Assembly (NCBI GenBank): GCA_020853885.1
Contig: JADYXZ010000020.1
Span: forward strand, 378,707-442,706
Direction of reading: 5' to 3'
Origin: Bradyrhizobiaceae bacterium
Lineage (GTDB): Bacteria; Pseudomonadota; Alphaproteobacteria; Rhizobiales; Xanthobacteraceae
Length of the DNA: 64,000 bases
The notes beneath the pieces are model-generated. The model ran no database searches, had not been told where the DNA came from, and worked only from the letters and a program-made list of their open reading frames with translations. A program made the translations under genes and the position numbers. This document shows positions 32,925-42,066 of this stretch, one piece after another; positions within the stretch are counted from its first letter, which is position 1, and each line of letters starts with the position of its first letter.

Positions 32925-33106
32925 GCGCCAGCCGTGCGAAGCGGCGAACCTGTGGATTAGCTGCGCTGCGTCGAACGATTATTCGATTGCGGATATGCGT
33001 TTAGCTGCGGGCCGCGAGCGGGAAACTTATGCACAGGGCCTCGCAGGCGTTGCGCGGCGCGCGAGTTCGCGCTCGCGCCGTGACTCGAGGCGCGGATCGC
33101 GGGTTG

Positions 33107-34108
33107 TCAGAAATGTGTCGCGAGAAACTTTTCGAGCGTGACGGGCTCGGCGTGCAGCAGCGGCTCGTGCAGCGGCTTGCCGGGAAACTCGCTCGCCTCG
33201 AAGAACCACTTGGCGTGCGCCGGCAGGCCCCAGAGCTGCGAGCGGCGCGTGTCGGTGAGGTCCCAGCGCAGCGGCGTGTGGTTCACGTCGATCGCCTGGT
33301 AGTGCGCATTGAAGAGCTCGATCCGGTGCCCGTCCGGATCGCGGAAATAGACGAACAGCGCGTTGCCGATGCCGTGGCGGCCGGGGCCGCGCTCGAAGTG
33401 CCTGCCGAAGCCGAGGCTGCCGGCGACGTCGCAGACATGGATGATGTCGCGCGTCTCCGGCACGGTATAGGCGAAGTGGTGCAGCCGCGGGCCGCGGCCG
33501 TTGGAAAAGACGACGTCGTGCGGGTTGCCCTTGCGCTGCAGCCAGGCGCCCCAGATCTCGTCCTTGCCGTCGGTCGCCGTGTACTCGGTGAGGCGGAAGC
33601 CGAGGGCGAGGTAGAACTCCATCGCGCGTTGCACGTCGTGGGTGACGAGCTGGAAATGATCGAGCCGCATGGGGCTCGCGCCCTTGTAGAGCTCGAATTT
33701 CTGCAGGCTGGGCGGCAGCTCATCCATCACCGCGCAGAGCTCGAGCGGCATGCCCACGTTGTCGTCGACGTGCAGCGTGCGGCCTTGGTGCGGGACTTCC
33801 GCCCAGCGCACCGGATGACCGAGGCGGGTGAAGTGGTCCGCGGCCTTGTCGAGGTCCTCGTCGGTGAACACGCGCAGCCCGATGCGCTCGCAAACCGAGG
33901 CTGAGTCCGTGCGGTGAAAAACGAGGCTGTGGTGGGAACGCTCCTCGATGCCGCGCAGATACAGCGCGTCGCGGTCCTGATTGCTCGGCAGGAAGCCGAG
34001 CACGTCGCAGTAGAAGGCGCGGGTGGCGCCGAGGTCGCGGGCGGTGAGCACCGCGTGGCTGGCGCGGGTGATGTTGAAGGGCGGGGTGACGATCGCGTTC
34101 GGGATCAC
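33107..34108 (-). CDS. Extradiol ring-cleavage dioxygenase, two-domain VOC/glyoxalase superfamily (catechol or homoprotocatechuate 2,3-dioxygenase-like)
   Basis: 333 aa with two glyoxalase-like modules (RASHAVLTARDL...; RLDHFQLVTHDV...HHFAY...). The start overlaps the upstream amidohydrolase stop (ATGA). Confidence 0.82.
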   Translation of the reverse strand: MIPNAIVTPPFNITRASHAVLTARDLGATRAFYCDVLGFLPSNQDRDALYLRGIEERSHHSLVFHRTDSASVCERIGLRVFTDEDLDKAADHFTRLGHPVRWAEVPHQGRTLHVDDNVGMPLELCAVMDELPPSLQKFELYKGASPMRLDHFQLVTHDVQRAMEFYLALGFRLTEYTATDGKDEIWGAWLQRKGNPHDVVFSNGRGPRLHHFAYTVPETRDIIHVCDVAGSLGFGRHFERGPGRHGIGNALFVYFRDPDGHRIELFNAHYQAIDVNHTPLRWDLTDTRRSQLWGLPAHAKWFFEASEFPGKPLHEPLLHAEPVTLEKFLATHF

Positions 34109-35013
34109 GCTGCCGCCTTCGCCTCCGGCCGGAGCTTGAGGAGCTTGATCGCGTTCTCCTTCATGATCAGCGGGCGGACTTCCGGCTTGATCGGCAGCTT
34201 CTCGAAGTCGGCGAGCCAGCGGTCGGGCGACAGCGCCGGATAGTCGGTGCCGAAGAGGACGCGGTTCTTCAGCAGCGTGTTCGAGTACTGCACCAGATTC
34301 TGCGGGAAGTATTTCGGCGACCAGCCGGAGAGGTCGATGTAGGTGTTCGGCTTGTGGGTGGCGACGGAGAGCGCCTCCTCCTGCCAGGGGAAGGAGGGAT
34401 GCGCCATGACGATCCGCATGTTCGGGAAGTCGGCGGCGACGTCGTCAAGATACATCGGATTCGAATACTTCAGGCGAAGGCCGAAGCCGCCGGGCGCGCC
34501 GGCGCCGGCGCCGGTCTGGCCGGTATGGAAGAGCGCGACCAGCCCCGCCGCCTCGATCACTTCGTAGAGCGGGTAGGCGATCTTGTCGTTGGGATAGAAG
34601 CCCTGCGTGGTCGGGTGGAACTTGAAACCAAGGACGCCGTAGTCCTCGATCATGCGCACGGCCTCGCGCACGCCCATCTTGCCCTTGTGGGGATCGACGG
34701 ACGCGAAGGGGATCAGCACGTCGTTGTACTCGTGGGCGGTCTCGGCGATCTCCTCGTTGGCGACGCGGGTGATGCCCATCTCGCACTCGGAATCGATCGT
34801 GAAGATGACGGCGGCCATCTTCCGCTCGCGGTAATACCGCGCGACCTCGGCGATCGAGGGCCGGTGCATTTCCTTGAAGTATTTCTCCATCGCCTGGTCG
34901 AAGGCGATGGCGCAGGGATCGCGGGGGGCGCGGGAGGAGACTTCGGCGTGGGTGTGCACGTCGATGGCGACAATCTCGTCCAGGTTCAGCTTGGGTTGGT
35001 ACTTAGCCATCAA
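34105..35013 (-). CDS. Amidohydrolase_2 family protein (ACMSD/LigW-type metal-dependent hydrolase or non-oxidative decarboxylase)
   Basis: IDVHTHAE metal motif near the N-terminus, then ...MAHPSFPW..., then the FGTDYP C-terminal motif. Confidence 0.82.
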   Translation of the reverse strand: MMAKYQPKLNLDEIVAIDVHTHAEVSSRAPRDPCAIAFDQAMEKYFKEMHRPSIAEVARYYRERKMAAVIFTIDSECEMGITRVANEEIAETAHEYNDVLIPFASVDPHKGKMGVREAVRMIEDYGVLGFKFHPTTQGFYPNDKIAYPLYEVIEAAGLVALFHTGQTGAGAGAPGGFGLRLKYSNPMYLDDVAADFPNMRIVMAHPSFPWQEEALSVATHKPNTYIDLSGWSPKYFPQNLVQYSNTLLKNRVLFGTDYPALSPDRWLADFEKLPIKPEVRPLIMKENAIKLLKLRPEAKAAA

Positions 35014-35106
35014 TCCGCCTCGGTCCGTTAGGGGTCAAACGGGCTAATACTACATGCGGATTTGGGCGGGAACCTTGCCGTTCGCTCCGCGTTCGCACGC
35101 ACCCGA

Positions 35107-35418
35107 ATGGAACGAATGTTGGGCAAGGACATTATCCGTGCGCATGCACGGCGAGATTATGAGGAAGGAAAGGTGGACGGAGCCTATCTGCGGGCGGTGG
35201 CGAGAGCCTGTCACGACCTGTCGACTGAATGTTTCGATCTGACGGTGGCAGGAAAGCTGCGCGGCCTTGGCGACAGCCTCGAGGCCAAGGCGAGCGAACT
35301 CGACGAAGCCGCGCGAAACGAAGGGGCCGACGCGGTCGGCCGCTGGGTGCGGCAAATTCGCCCGACCCTGCTGGCGTGGCTGCGCGAGCGGCTCAGCGCG
35401 CATGGAGCCCACCGGTAG
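35107..35418 (+). CDS. Hypothetical helical protein (103 aa)
   Basis: The ORF has plausible codon usage, but I recognise no family. The ATG at MERMLGK was chosen as start. Confidence 0.4.
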   Translation: MERMLGKDIIRAHARRDYEEGKVDGAYLRAVARACHDLSTECFDLTVAGKLRGLGDSLEAKASELDEAARNEGADAVGRWVRQIRPTLLAWLRERLSAHGAHR

Positions 35419-35727
35419 GGAAGCGCGGACCGGCGGTGGGGAAGCGGACCGGGCCGCCCCGGGGGCTGCTTTCTTGATTCGTATCAAAGAAATTCGCGGT
35501 GATGGGCGCCAATCTGCGGCGGCTGGCCGAGAGGGCAGGGCCTCGGCCGGCATCGGCGGTCCCGGCCGAACGACGTCATCGCTCCGGCCGGGGCCGTTCC
35601 CGCCCAGCCGCGCATTACAACAAATTCATCCACGTTCCGCTCAATCGTCGGTGATCGGCCGCCATCCGCCTTACTTTGCGCGGCCATCGTCCCTATTTCC
35701 TCAGCATCGTTTCCGCGGGGCTCAGCA

Positions 35728-36000
35728 ATGACGCAGCAATATCAGGTTCGCTTCCTACAGATTCCGCGATGGCTCGCCATCGTGGCCGGCGCGCTGTCGG
35801 TCGCGTTTGCGATCGCGTTGTTTCTGCTGAGCCTCACGGTGTTCCTGCTCGTGCTGCCGGTGATCGCGGTCGCCGGCGCGCTCTATTATTTCTTCGGCCT
35901 GCCGCGCGCCGCGCGCAAGGCGCAACGCGAGGCGGAGGCGCGGATCATCGAGGGCGAGTACCGGGTGGTGCAGTCCGAACGGATCGAGCGGGACCGCTAG
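35728..36000 (+). CDS. Small membrane protein (2 TM), 90 aa
   Basis: Two hydrophobic helices, WLAIVAGALSVAFAIALFLL and LTVFLLVLPVIAVAGALYYFF, followed by a charged tail. Confidence 0.5.
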   Translation: MTQQYQVRFLQIPRWLAIVAGALSVAFAIALFLLSLTVFLLVLPVIAVAGALYYFFGLPRAARKAQREAEARIIEGEYRVVQSERIERDR

Positions 36001-36106
36001 CGCTCATAGCCACTCGCGTCGTAGCGGAATCCGTGCGCCTTCAGCGCCTGATGCAACGCCGGGGCGGTGGCTGAATAGGGCGGCTTGAGCCTCTTTCGCT
36101 CGATCG

Positions 36107-37846
36107 CTATCCGGGCTCGGGCGTCTGTGCCTCCCGCCGGTTCATTTCGGCGCGCTCGGCGGCGACTTCGTCGAGGCGCTGGCGCAGTTCGGCGTAGCGG
36201 CCGATGAACTTGTCGAAGTCGTCCTTGCCGAGCGTCAGGAACAGGCAATAGTCGATGGCCGTGACATCGGCGATGCGGCGGGCGCCGGTGAGAAGCGCCA
36301 TCTCGCCGAAGAAGTCGCCGGGGCCGAGCTGGATCTTCTTGCCGCCGACGGCAACCTCGACCGCGCCGGAAGAGATGAAGAACATCTCGTTGCCGACGTC
36401 GCCCGCGCGGATGACGCGCTCGCCGGGAGCCGCCGAGCGCGGCTTGAACAGCGTGAGCAGTTCGGCGCGCTGATCGGCGGTGAGATCGCCGAATATGGCG
36501 AACTTGCTCATCAGTTGTGTCGGCTGCAGGCCGAGCTTGGCCGCGGGCTCGGCATGCTGCCGCAGCTCGGAGAGCTTGCGGTCGAGCCGCGCGAGGCGGG
36601 CGCGCCGAGCGGGTTCGCCGCGGGCGAGCAGGTCGAGCATTGCATTGATCCAGTCGGTCAGCGGTCTCACGGTGGCGAATGCGAGCGGGTTGAGCGTGAT
36701 GGACAAGAGGGCGCCGGCCAGAATCAGGTCCTTGCCTTCGGACGGCAGCAGGCCGAGCGCGATGCCGAGCCCGGCCAGAATAAAGGAAAATTCGCCGACC
36801 TGCGCGAGGCTCGCGGAAACCAGCGTGGCCGTGGAGATCGGGTATCCCAGCAGGAGAACGATGGCGAAGGCGGCCACCGACTTGCCGACCAGGATGATCA
36901 GAAGGACGGCAATCACCTCGATCGGCTCGCGGACGATGATCGAGGGATCGAACAGCATGCCGACCGAGACGAAGAACAGAACGGCGAAGGCGTTCTGCAG
37001 CGGCAGTGATTCTTCGGCGGCACGATGGCTGAGCTCGGATTTCGCGAGCACGATGCCGGCGCAGAACGCACCGAGCGCGAACGAGACGTCGAACAGCTTG
37101 GCGGAGCCGTAGGCGATGCCGAGCGCGATCGCGAGCACGGACAACGTGAACAGCTCGTGCGAGCCGGTGCGCGCCGCCTGACTGAGCAGCCAAGGCACGA
37201 TGCGCGGTCCGAGCATCAGGATGATGGCGCCGAAGACGCCGACCTTGCCGAGCGTGATCGCGACCGTCAGTAGGAGCTGTCCGTCGATGCCGCCCGCGCT
37301 GCCGTCGGGCGTCTTGCCGCCGAGCAGGCCGGCCAGCGCCGGCAGCAGGACGAGCGTCAGGACCATGGCGAGGTCCTCGACGATCAGCCAGCCGACGGCG
37401 ATGCGTCCGTTGGCCGTGCCGAGCGTATTGCGTTCGTCGAGCGCGCGCAGCAGCACGACGGTGCTGGCGACGGAAAGCGCGAGCCCGAGCACAAGGCCGC
37501 CGCCGAGCGTCCAGCCCCAGCTCATGGCGATGACGACACCGATCGCGGTGGCGACCGCGATCTGGCCGACGGCGCCGGGAATGGCGATCCAGCGCACGGC
37601 CAGAAGATCCGCCGTCGAAAAGTGCAGGCCGACACCGAACATCAGCAGGATGACGCCGACCTCGGAAAGTTCGGTGGCGAGGTGGGCGTCGACGGCAGGC
37701 CCGGGCGTGTAGGGGCCGACGATGATGCCGGCGACGAGATAGCCGACGAGCGGCGGCAGGCGCAGGCGGCTGGCAATGAAGCCGCACGCGAAAGCCAGGA
37801 CCAGGCCGAGCACGATCGTGACCAAGAGCGGTGTTTCGTGCGGCAT
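36107..37846 (-). CDS. CPA2 (Kef/YbaL-type) monovalent cation:proton antiporter fused to a C-terminal cyclic-nucleotide-binding domain
   Basis: The N-terminal ~390 aa are polytopic with LPPLVGYLVAGIIVGP. The C-terminal region GDVGNEMFFISSGAVEV...GDFFGEMALLTGARRIADVTA is a CAP/cNMP-binding signature. Confidence 0.9.
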   Translation of the reverse strand: MPHETPLLVTIVLGLVLAFACGFIASRLRLPPLVGYLVAGIIVGPYTPGPAVDAHLATELSEVGVILLMFGVGLHFSTADLLAVRWIAIPGAVGQIAVATAIGVVIAMSWGWTLGGGLVLGLALSVASTVVLLRALDERNTLGTANGRIAVGWLIVEDLAMVLTLVLLPALAGLLGGKTPDGSAGGIDGQLLLTVAITLGKVGVFGAIILMLGPRIVPWLLSQAARTGSHELFTLSVLAIALGIAYGSAKLFDVSFALGAFCAGIVLAKSELSHRAAEESLPLQNAFAVLFFVSVGMLFDPSIIVREPIEVIAVLLIILVGKSVAAFAIVLLLGYPISTATLVSASLAQVGEFSFILAGLGIALGLLPSEGKDLILAGALLSITLNPLAFATVRPLTDWINAMLDLLARGEPARRARLARLDRKLSELRQHAEPAAKLGLQPTQLMSKFAIFGDLTADQRAELLTLFKPRSAAPGERVIRAGDVGNEMFFISSGAVEVAVGGKKIQLGPGDFFGEMALLTGARRIADVTAIDYCLFLTLGKDDFDKFIGRYAELRQRLDEVAAERAEMNRREAQTPEPG

Positions 37847-37940
37847 GGGTCTCCCGTTTTCCTCGTCCGCGACCGGGGATCAATGCACGTTTCAGGCCAT
37901 CCGCTCAACTCGTTCTTGCCCACCGTTGCCTTGACAGGGC

Positions 37941-40193
37941 GTGCCGAATGCCAACGATCTTGCGTTCGGGGTTGGTGCCATGCCCGTTCGCGCAAGGTTC
38001 ATGTTCATCGTTCTGGTGGGCGGTATCATCGCCGCCGCCGTGGCCATTCGCATGGCGGACCCCTTCATCATTCAGGCACTGCGGCTGATCGCATTCGACA
38101 CCTACCAGCGCCTCACCCCCCAACACTACGACCCCGACAGTCCCGTCCGGGTAGTCGACATTGACGAAGTTTCGCTGGCGAAGCTCGGCCAATGGCCCTG
38201 GCCGCGCACGGTCATGCGCGATCTGGTGAACCGGCTGGGCGGCCTTGGGGCGGCGGCCATCGCCTTCGACATCCAGTTCGCCGAGGCCGACCGGACCTCG
38301 CTCGAGCAGATCGCCCGCCGGCTGCCGCAGGAAGAGGCGGGGCGGCTCGCGGACATGATCATCGGCAACCTGACCAACGATGAATTTTTCGCCGCCGCCC
38401 TGAGAACCACGCCTAGCGTGCTGGCGATGGCGCTTTCACCCAACGGGGAGTTTGCGTTCAAGCCGAAAGCGGGCTTCGCCATCGCCGGCGACGATCCGCG
38501 TCCGTTCATTCCGAACTTCCGCGGCAGCGCCGGTAATCTTCCCATGCTCGAACAGGCGGCGTCCGGCGTCGGCTCGATCAACTGGATTCCGGACCGCGAT
38601 CAGGTACTGCGCCGCGTGGCGCTGATCTATCGGGTCGGCGACACGTTCGTGCCGACGCTGTTCATGGAGGCGCTCCGGGTGGCACAAGGTGCGTCGACCT
38701 ATGTGCTGAAGGCGTCGAATGCGAGCGGCGAGGGCGCGTTCGGACAGCATTCGGGGCTCAATCACATCCGCGTCGGTGATCTTGAAATTCCCACCGACGC
38801 CGACGGCGCGATCTGGCTGAAGTTTCGCCCGACCGCGCCGAAGGCATTCATCTCCGCGGCCGACGTGCTTGCCGGCGCGGTCTCGCAAGACGAGATCGAG
38901 GGAAGGATCATCCTCATCGGGTCGAGCGCGCCGGGCCTCCTCGACCTGCGCGCGACGCCGCTCGACGCGGTGGTGCCGGGCGTCGAAATCATCGCGCAAT
39001 CGATCGAGCACGTGGTCGCCGGCCGGTTCCTGACCCGGCCGGACTATGCGCTCGCGCTCGAACAGGCGGTCATCATTGCCTTCGGCATTCTCATTGCGCT
39101 GGTACTGGCGAAGGTGTCCGCGCGCGCGGCCGGCCTGATGGGCTTCTTCGCCATCTCCAGCCTGCTCGTTGGCGGCTGGCTCAGCTTCGACTATCTCGGG
39201 CTGCTGCTCGATCCGCTCTATCCGGCGCTCGCCCTTCTCCTGCTCACGGCGATCGCGACCTTCTATGTCTATCGGCAGGTGGAGGTGCAGCGCGGGGAGG
39301 TGCGGCGCGCATTCAGCCGCTACGTGTCGCCGGATGTCGTCAACGAACTGATCGTCAATCCCGACAAGCTCGAGCTCGGCGGCGAGATCAGGGAGCTAAC
39401 GCTCCTTTTCTGCGACGTGCGCAATTTCACGTCGATCTCGGAGCGGCTGAGCGCCACGGAGCTCACGCGTTTCATCAACGAGCTCTTGACGCCGCTGAGC
39501 GACGTGATCCTCCGCCACCGCGGCACGATCGACAAATACATGGGCGACGCGATCATGGCGTTTTGGAACGCGCCGCTGGCGTTGCCCGAGCACGCCGCTG
39601 CGGCGTGCCGTTCCGCCATCGACATGGCGGCGCGGATGCGGGAGCTTAACGAGCGCTGGCGCAAGGAGGCGGAAGCGGCGGGGCGGCCCTTTCAGGAAGT
39701 GCGGATCGGCATCGGCATCAATACAGGGGCCTGCTGCGTCGGCAATCTCGGGTCGGTGCAGCGGTTCGACTATTCGGCGATTGGCGACGAGGTGAACGTC
39801 GCCTCGCGCTTCGAGGGGCTGGCCAAGGTCTATGGGCTGACCGCGATCGTCGGCGAGCGGACGGTCCGGGCGGCGCCAGAATTCCCCGCCCTCGAGCTCG
39901 ATCTCGTGCGCGTGAAAGGGCGCGCGGCGCCGGCGCCGATCTATACCTTCAGCAACCTGCTGGGGGACAACGCGAATCGAATCGCCCGGCTGCAGGAGGC
40001 GCATACAGGCTTCCTGCGCGCCTATCGGGAAGGCCACTGGGATGAGGCGCGCAGAGCGATCGGGGAGTGCCGCAGCTTCGAGATCGCGGGTCTTGCGTAC
40101 TACTACTCGGTCTTCGAGAAGCGGATCGCGGCCTATCGCGTGAGTCCGCCGCCGCAGGACTGGGGCGGCGTGTTCACAGCGGAAGAAAAGTAG
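37941..40193 (+). CDS. CHASE2 sensor domain-containing class III adenylate/guanylate cyclase
   Basis: CHASE2 motif VVDIDEVSLAKLGQWPWPR, then TM helices, then the cyclase core LLFCDVRNFTSISE...GTIDKYMGDAIMAFWNAP...GDEVNVASR. The alternative start is ATG 37980. Confidence 0.9.
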   Translation: MPNANDLAFGVGAMPVRARFMFIVLVGGIIAAAVAIRMADPFIIQALRLIAFDTYQRLTPQHYDPDSPVRVVDIDEVSLAKLGQWPWPRTVMRDLVNRLGGLGAAAIAFDIQFAEADRTSLEQIARRLPQEEAGRLADMIIGNLTNDEFFAAALRTTPSVLAMALSPNGEFAFKPKAGFAIAGDDPRPFIPNFRGSAGNLPMLEQAASGVGSINWIPDRDQVLRRVALIYRVGDTFVPTLFMEALRVAQGASTYVLKASNASGEGAFGQHSGLNHIRVGDLEIPTDADGAIWLKFRPTAPKAFISAADVLAGAVSQDEIEGRIILIGSSAPGLLDLRATPLDAVVPGVEIIAQSIEHVVAGRFLTRPDYALALEQAVIIAFGILIALVLAKVSARAAGLMGFFAISSLLVGGWLSFDYLGLLLDPLYPALALLLLTAIATFYVYRQVEVQRGEVRRAFSRYVSPDVVNELIVNPDKLELGGEIRELTLLFCDVRNFTSISERLSATELTRFINELLTPLSDVILRHRGTIDKYMGDAIMAFWNAPLALPEHAAAACRSAIDMAARMRELNERWRKEAEAAGRPFQEVRIGIGINTGACCVGNLGSVQRFDYSAIGDEVNVASRFEGLAKVYGLTAIVGERTVRAAPEFPALELDLVRVKGRAAPAPIYTFSNLLGDNANRIARLQEAHTGFLRAYREGHWDEARRAIGECRSFEIAGLAYYYSVFEKRIAAYRVSPPPQDWGGVFTAEEK

Positions 40194-40236
40194 TTGCGGC
40201 GGATGTTCGAATGCGGATGATGCGGAAGCGTCCGCC

Positions 40237-40650
40237 GTGCAGATGAAGGAACCAATCTTGTCGTCCCAAGTCCAGCTCGTTCTCGCGGCGCTCTTGATCC
40301 TGCAGATCAAGCATTTCGTGGCCGATTTCGTTCTGCAGACGCCGTACCAGTTTCTCAACAAGGGAATATACGGCCACCCCGGCGGGATCATTCATGCCGG
40401 AATCCATGCCATCGGCAGCCTGCTCGCCTTCTTTGTCATCACGCCGTCACTGCGGCTCGGGCTCGCGATCTTCGTCTGCGAGCTCGTGGTGCACTACCAC
40501 ATCGACTGGCTGAAAGAGGGCACGGTCAAGCGGCAGCAATGGGTTTTTCCGCAGGCCGAGTTCTGGTGGACATTCGGCGCCGACCAGGTCCTGCATCAAC
40601 TGACGTATCTCGCGATGGCGGGGGCGCTCGCCTGGGGCGCGGGCCTGTAG
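40237..40650 (+). CDS. DUF3307 domain membrane protein
   Basis: The IKHFVADFVLQT motif and a later HYHIDW are typical of DUF3307. Confidence 0.72.
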   Translation: MQMKEPILSSQVQLVLAALLILQIKHFVADFVLQTPYQFLNKGIYGHPGGIIHAGIHAIGSLLAFFVITPSLRLGLAIFVCELVVHYHIDWLKEGTVKRQQWVFPQAEFWWTFGADQVLHQLTYLAMAGALAWGAGL

Positions 40651-40676
40651 CTCACTCGTCGAAGCGGACAGCGGAT

Positions 40677-41822
40677 TCAGTGGCGCGACACCAGCATCAG
40701 GGTCGCGATGTGGTTGTCGTAGTCGCGCGCCGCGAGGTTCGAGTTGTTGCGCTCGAAGCGGTAGTCGGCGCGCAGATCGGTCTGATAGCCCATCACCTGA
40801 TGGAAGATCACGGTTGCACCGGGGACGACCGTGAGATCGCGCCGCTTCACCTCCACCGGCGGGATGACGGCTAGGTCGGCGGTCGGTCTGTAGTTGCGGC
40901 GGCTCACGGCGATGCTGCCGCCGACCGACACCTGCTCCAGCACGCGGCGATAATATTCGATCTTGCCGCCATATTCGGTGAAGCGGCCGGGCTGCACCTG
41001 CTCGGACGGCGTGAGCAGCGAGAAGCCGGTGCCGCCGATGTCGCTCCAGCGCAGCCAGGGCGTCAGGATGAAGACGTCGCCCTCGCCGAGCACGTTCGGA
41101 AACGAGAACTTGCCGGTGATGTCGGCAAACGCGCCGTCGTTGGACGGGAAGAAGTCATTGTAGGCGCGATAGCCGCCGCGCACGCGCACCATGTAGAACG
41201 CCCCTTCCAGATAGCTCTCGAAGGTGAGGTTCGCCGTCGCCTCGTTGAAGAAATGGCGGTGATCGAAATAGGCGGAGCCGCCGCCGAGTGCCGCATGCAT
41301 CGCGATGGTCGGCGTGACGTCGATCACCGGGCCGGTATAGGCGCCCGCATAGCCGTAGCTCAGGTCGCCGCTGTCGAAATAGATGTCGCCGAGCAGTTGC
41401 ACGAAGGTACGCCAGCGGGAGGCGTCGCCGAACTTGCGTTCGTCGCGGACCGTCACGCGCGCCAGCACAAGACCGGAATCGCTTTCGTCGGCGTTCAGCC
41501 GGCGGGGGTTTGATTCCCAGCCGGCGCCAAGCTCGGCGAGCACTTGCGTCGTGTCGGGCTGGAGCTTGCGGCGGATGCGCTGCAGCGCGCGATGCACGTC
41601 CGGGTGGTTCGGGTCGTTGACGAGCACGCGCTCGTAGGCGGAGAGCGCCTTGCGCAGCTCGCCGCGCTGTTCGGCGAGTTGGGCGTAGCGGAAATTGAGC
41701 TCGGAGTTGGTCGGGTTGCGGAGGATCTGGGCGTACAGCCGCTTCAGCTCGTCGGCGCTCACCGCCGACGCAAGTGAAGACAAGACCACCGCCAGGACGG
41801 CAAGCCGAAAGAACCGCGCCAC
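40677..41822 (-). CDS. Secreted protein with N-terminal TPR-like helical pair and C-terminal region with beta-barrel-like alternating pattern (putative outer-membrane protein)
   Basis: Signal peptide MARFFRLAVLAVVLSSLASAVSA-DE. The segment NFRYAQLAEQRGELRKALSAYERVLVNDPNHPDV is TPR-like. The remaining ~280 aa are rich in Y/G/R/D strand-like segments. GTG start after an AGGGGG SD. Confidence 0.72.
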   Translation of the reverse strand: MARFFRLAVLAVVLSSLASAVSADELKRLYAQILRNPTNSELNFRYAQLAEQRGELRKALSAYERVLVNDPNHPDVHRALQRIRRKLQPDTTQVLAELGAGWESNPRRLNADESDSGLVLARVTVRDERKFGDASRWRTFVQLLGDIYFDSGDLSYGYAGAYTGPVIDVTPTIAMHAALGGGSAYFDHRHFFNEATANLTFESYLEGAFYMVRVRGGYRAYNDFFPSNDGAFADITGKFSFPNVLGEGDVFILTPWLRWSDIGGTGFSLLTPSEQVQPGRFTEYGGKIEYYRRVLEQVSVGGSIAVSRRNYRPTADLAVIPPVEVKRRDLTVVPGATVIFHQVMGYQTDLRADYRFERNNSNLAARDYDNHIATLMLVSRH

Positions 41823-42066
41823 CCGAACCCCCTAAACGGCCGACCGCCGATCGAGACGGGTCAACATACTTTCCCGACCTGTCGAAACCAACATGGTGGT
41901 AACGAAGGAGAAAATCCGATGCAGCCGTGCCACACCCGCGGGAAAGGTAAAATTCCGACGTAAGTACCGCGGCTTACGCCTGAGCCGGGCGGCCCGACCG
42001 GCTGCGGCTGCGCCGTTGGCTGGCGAATCGTGTGCAAACCGGACCGAAAGAACGGACGCGCCGGCG

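Noticed and set aside
26563-35700. Possible tRNA-Ser-targeted genomic island: accessory-looking genes extend from the tRNA to about 35.7 kb.
   Set aside because: No integrase, recombinase or other mobility gene lies next to the tRNA. By eye I found no direct repeat of the tRNA 3' end downstream. Composition of most genes here is native-like. I cannot exclude an old, decayed island without a repeat search.
35997-37883. A 628-aa minus-strand ORF in another frame of the antiporter gene.
   Set aside because: The product is an Arg/Pro/His-rich shadow frame. The 579-aa frame gives a coherent polytopic transporter plus a cNMP-binding domain.
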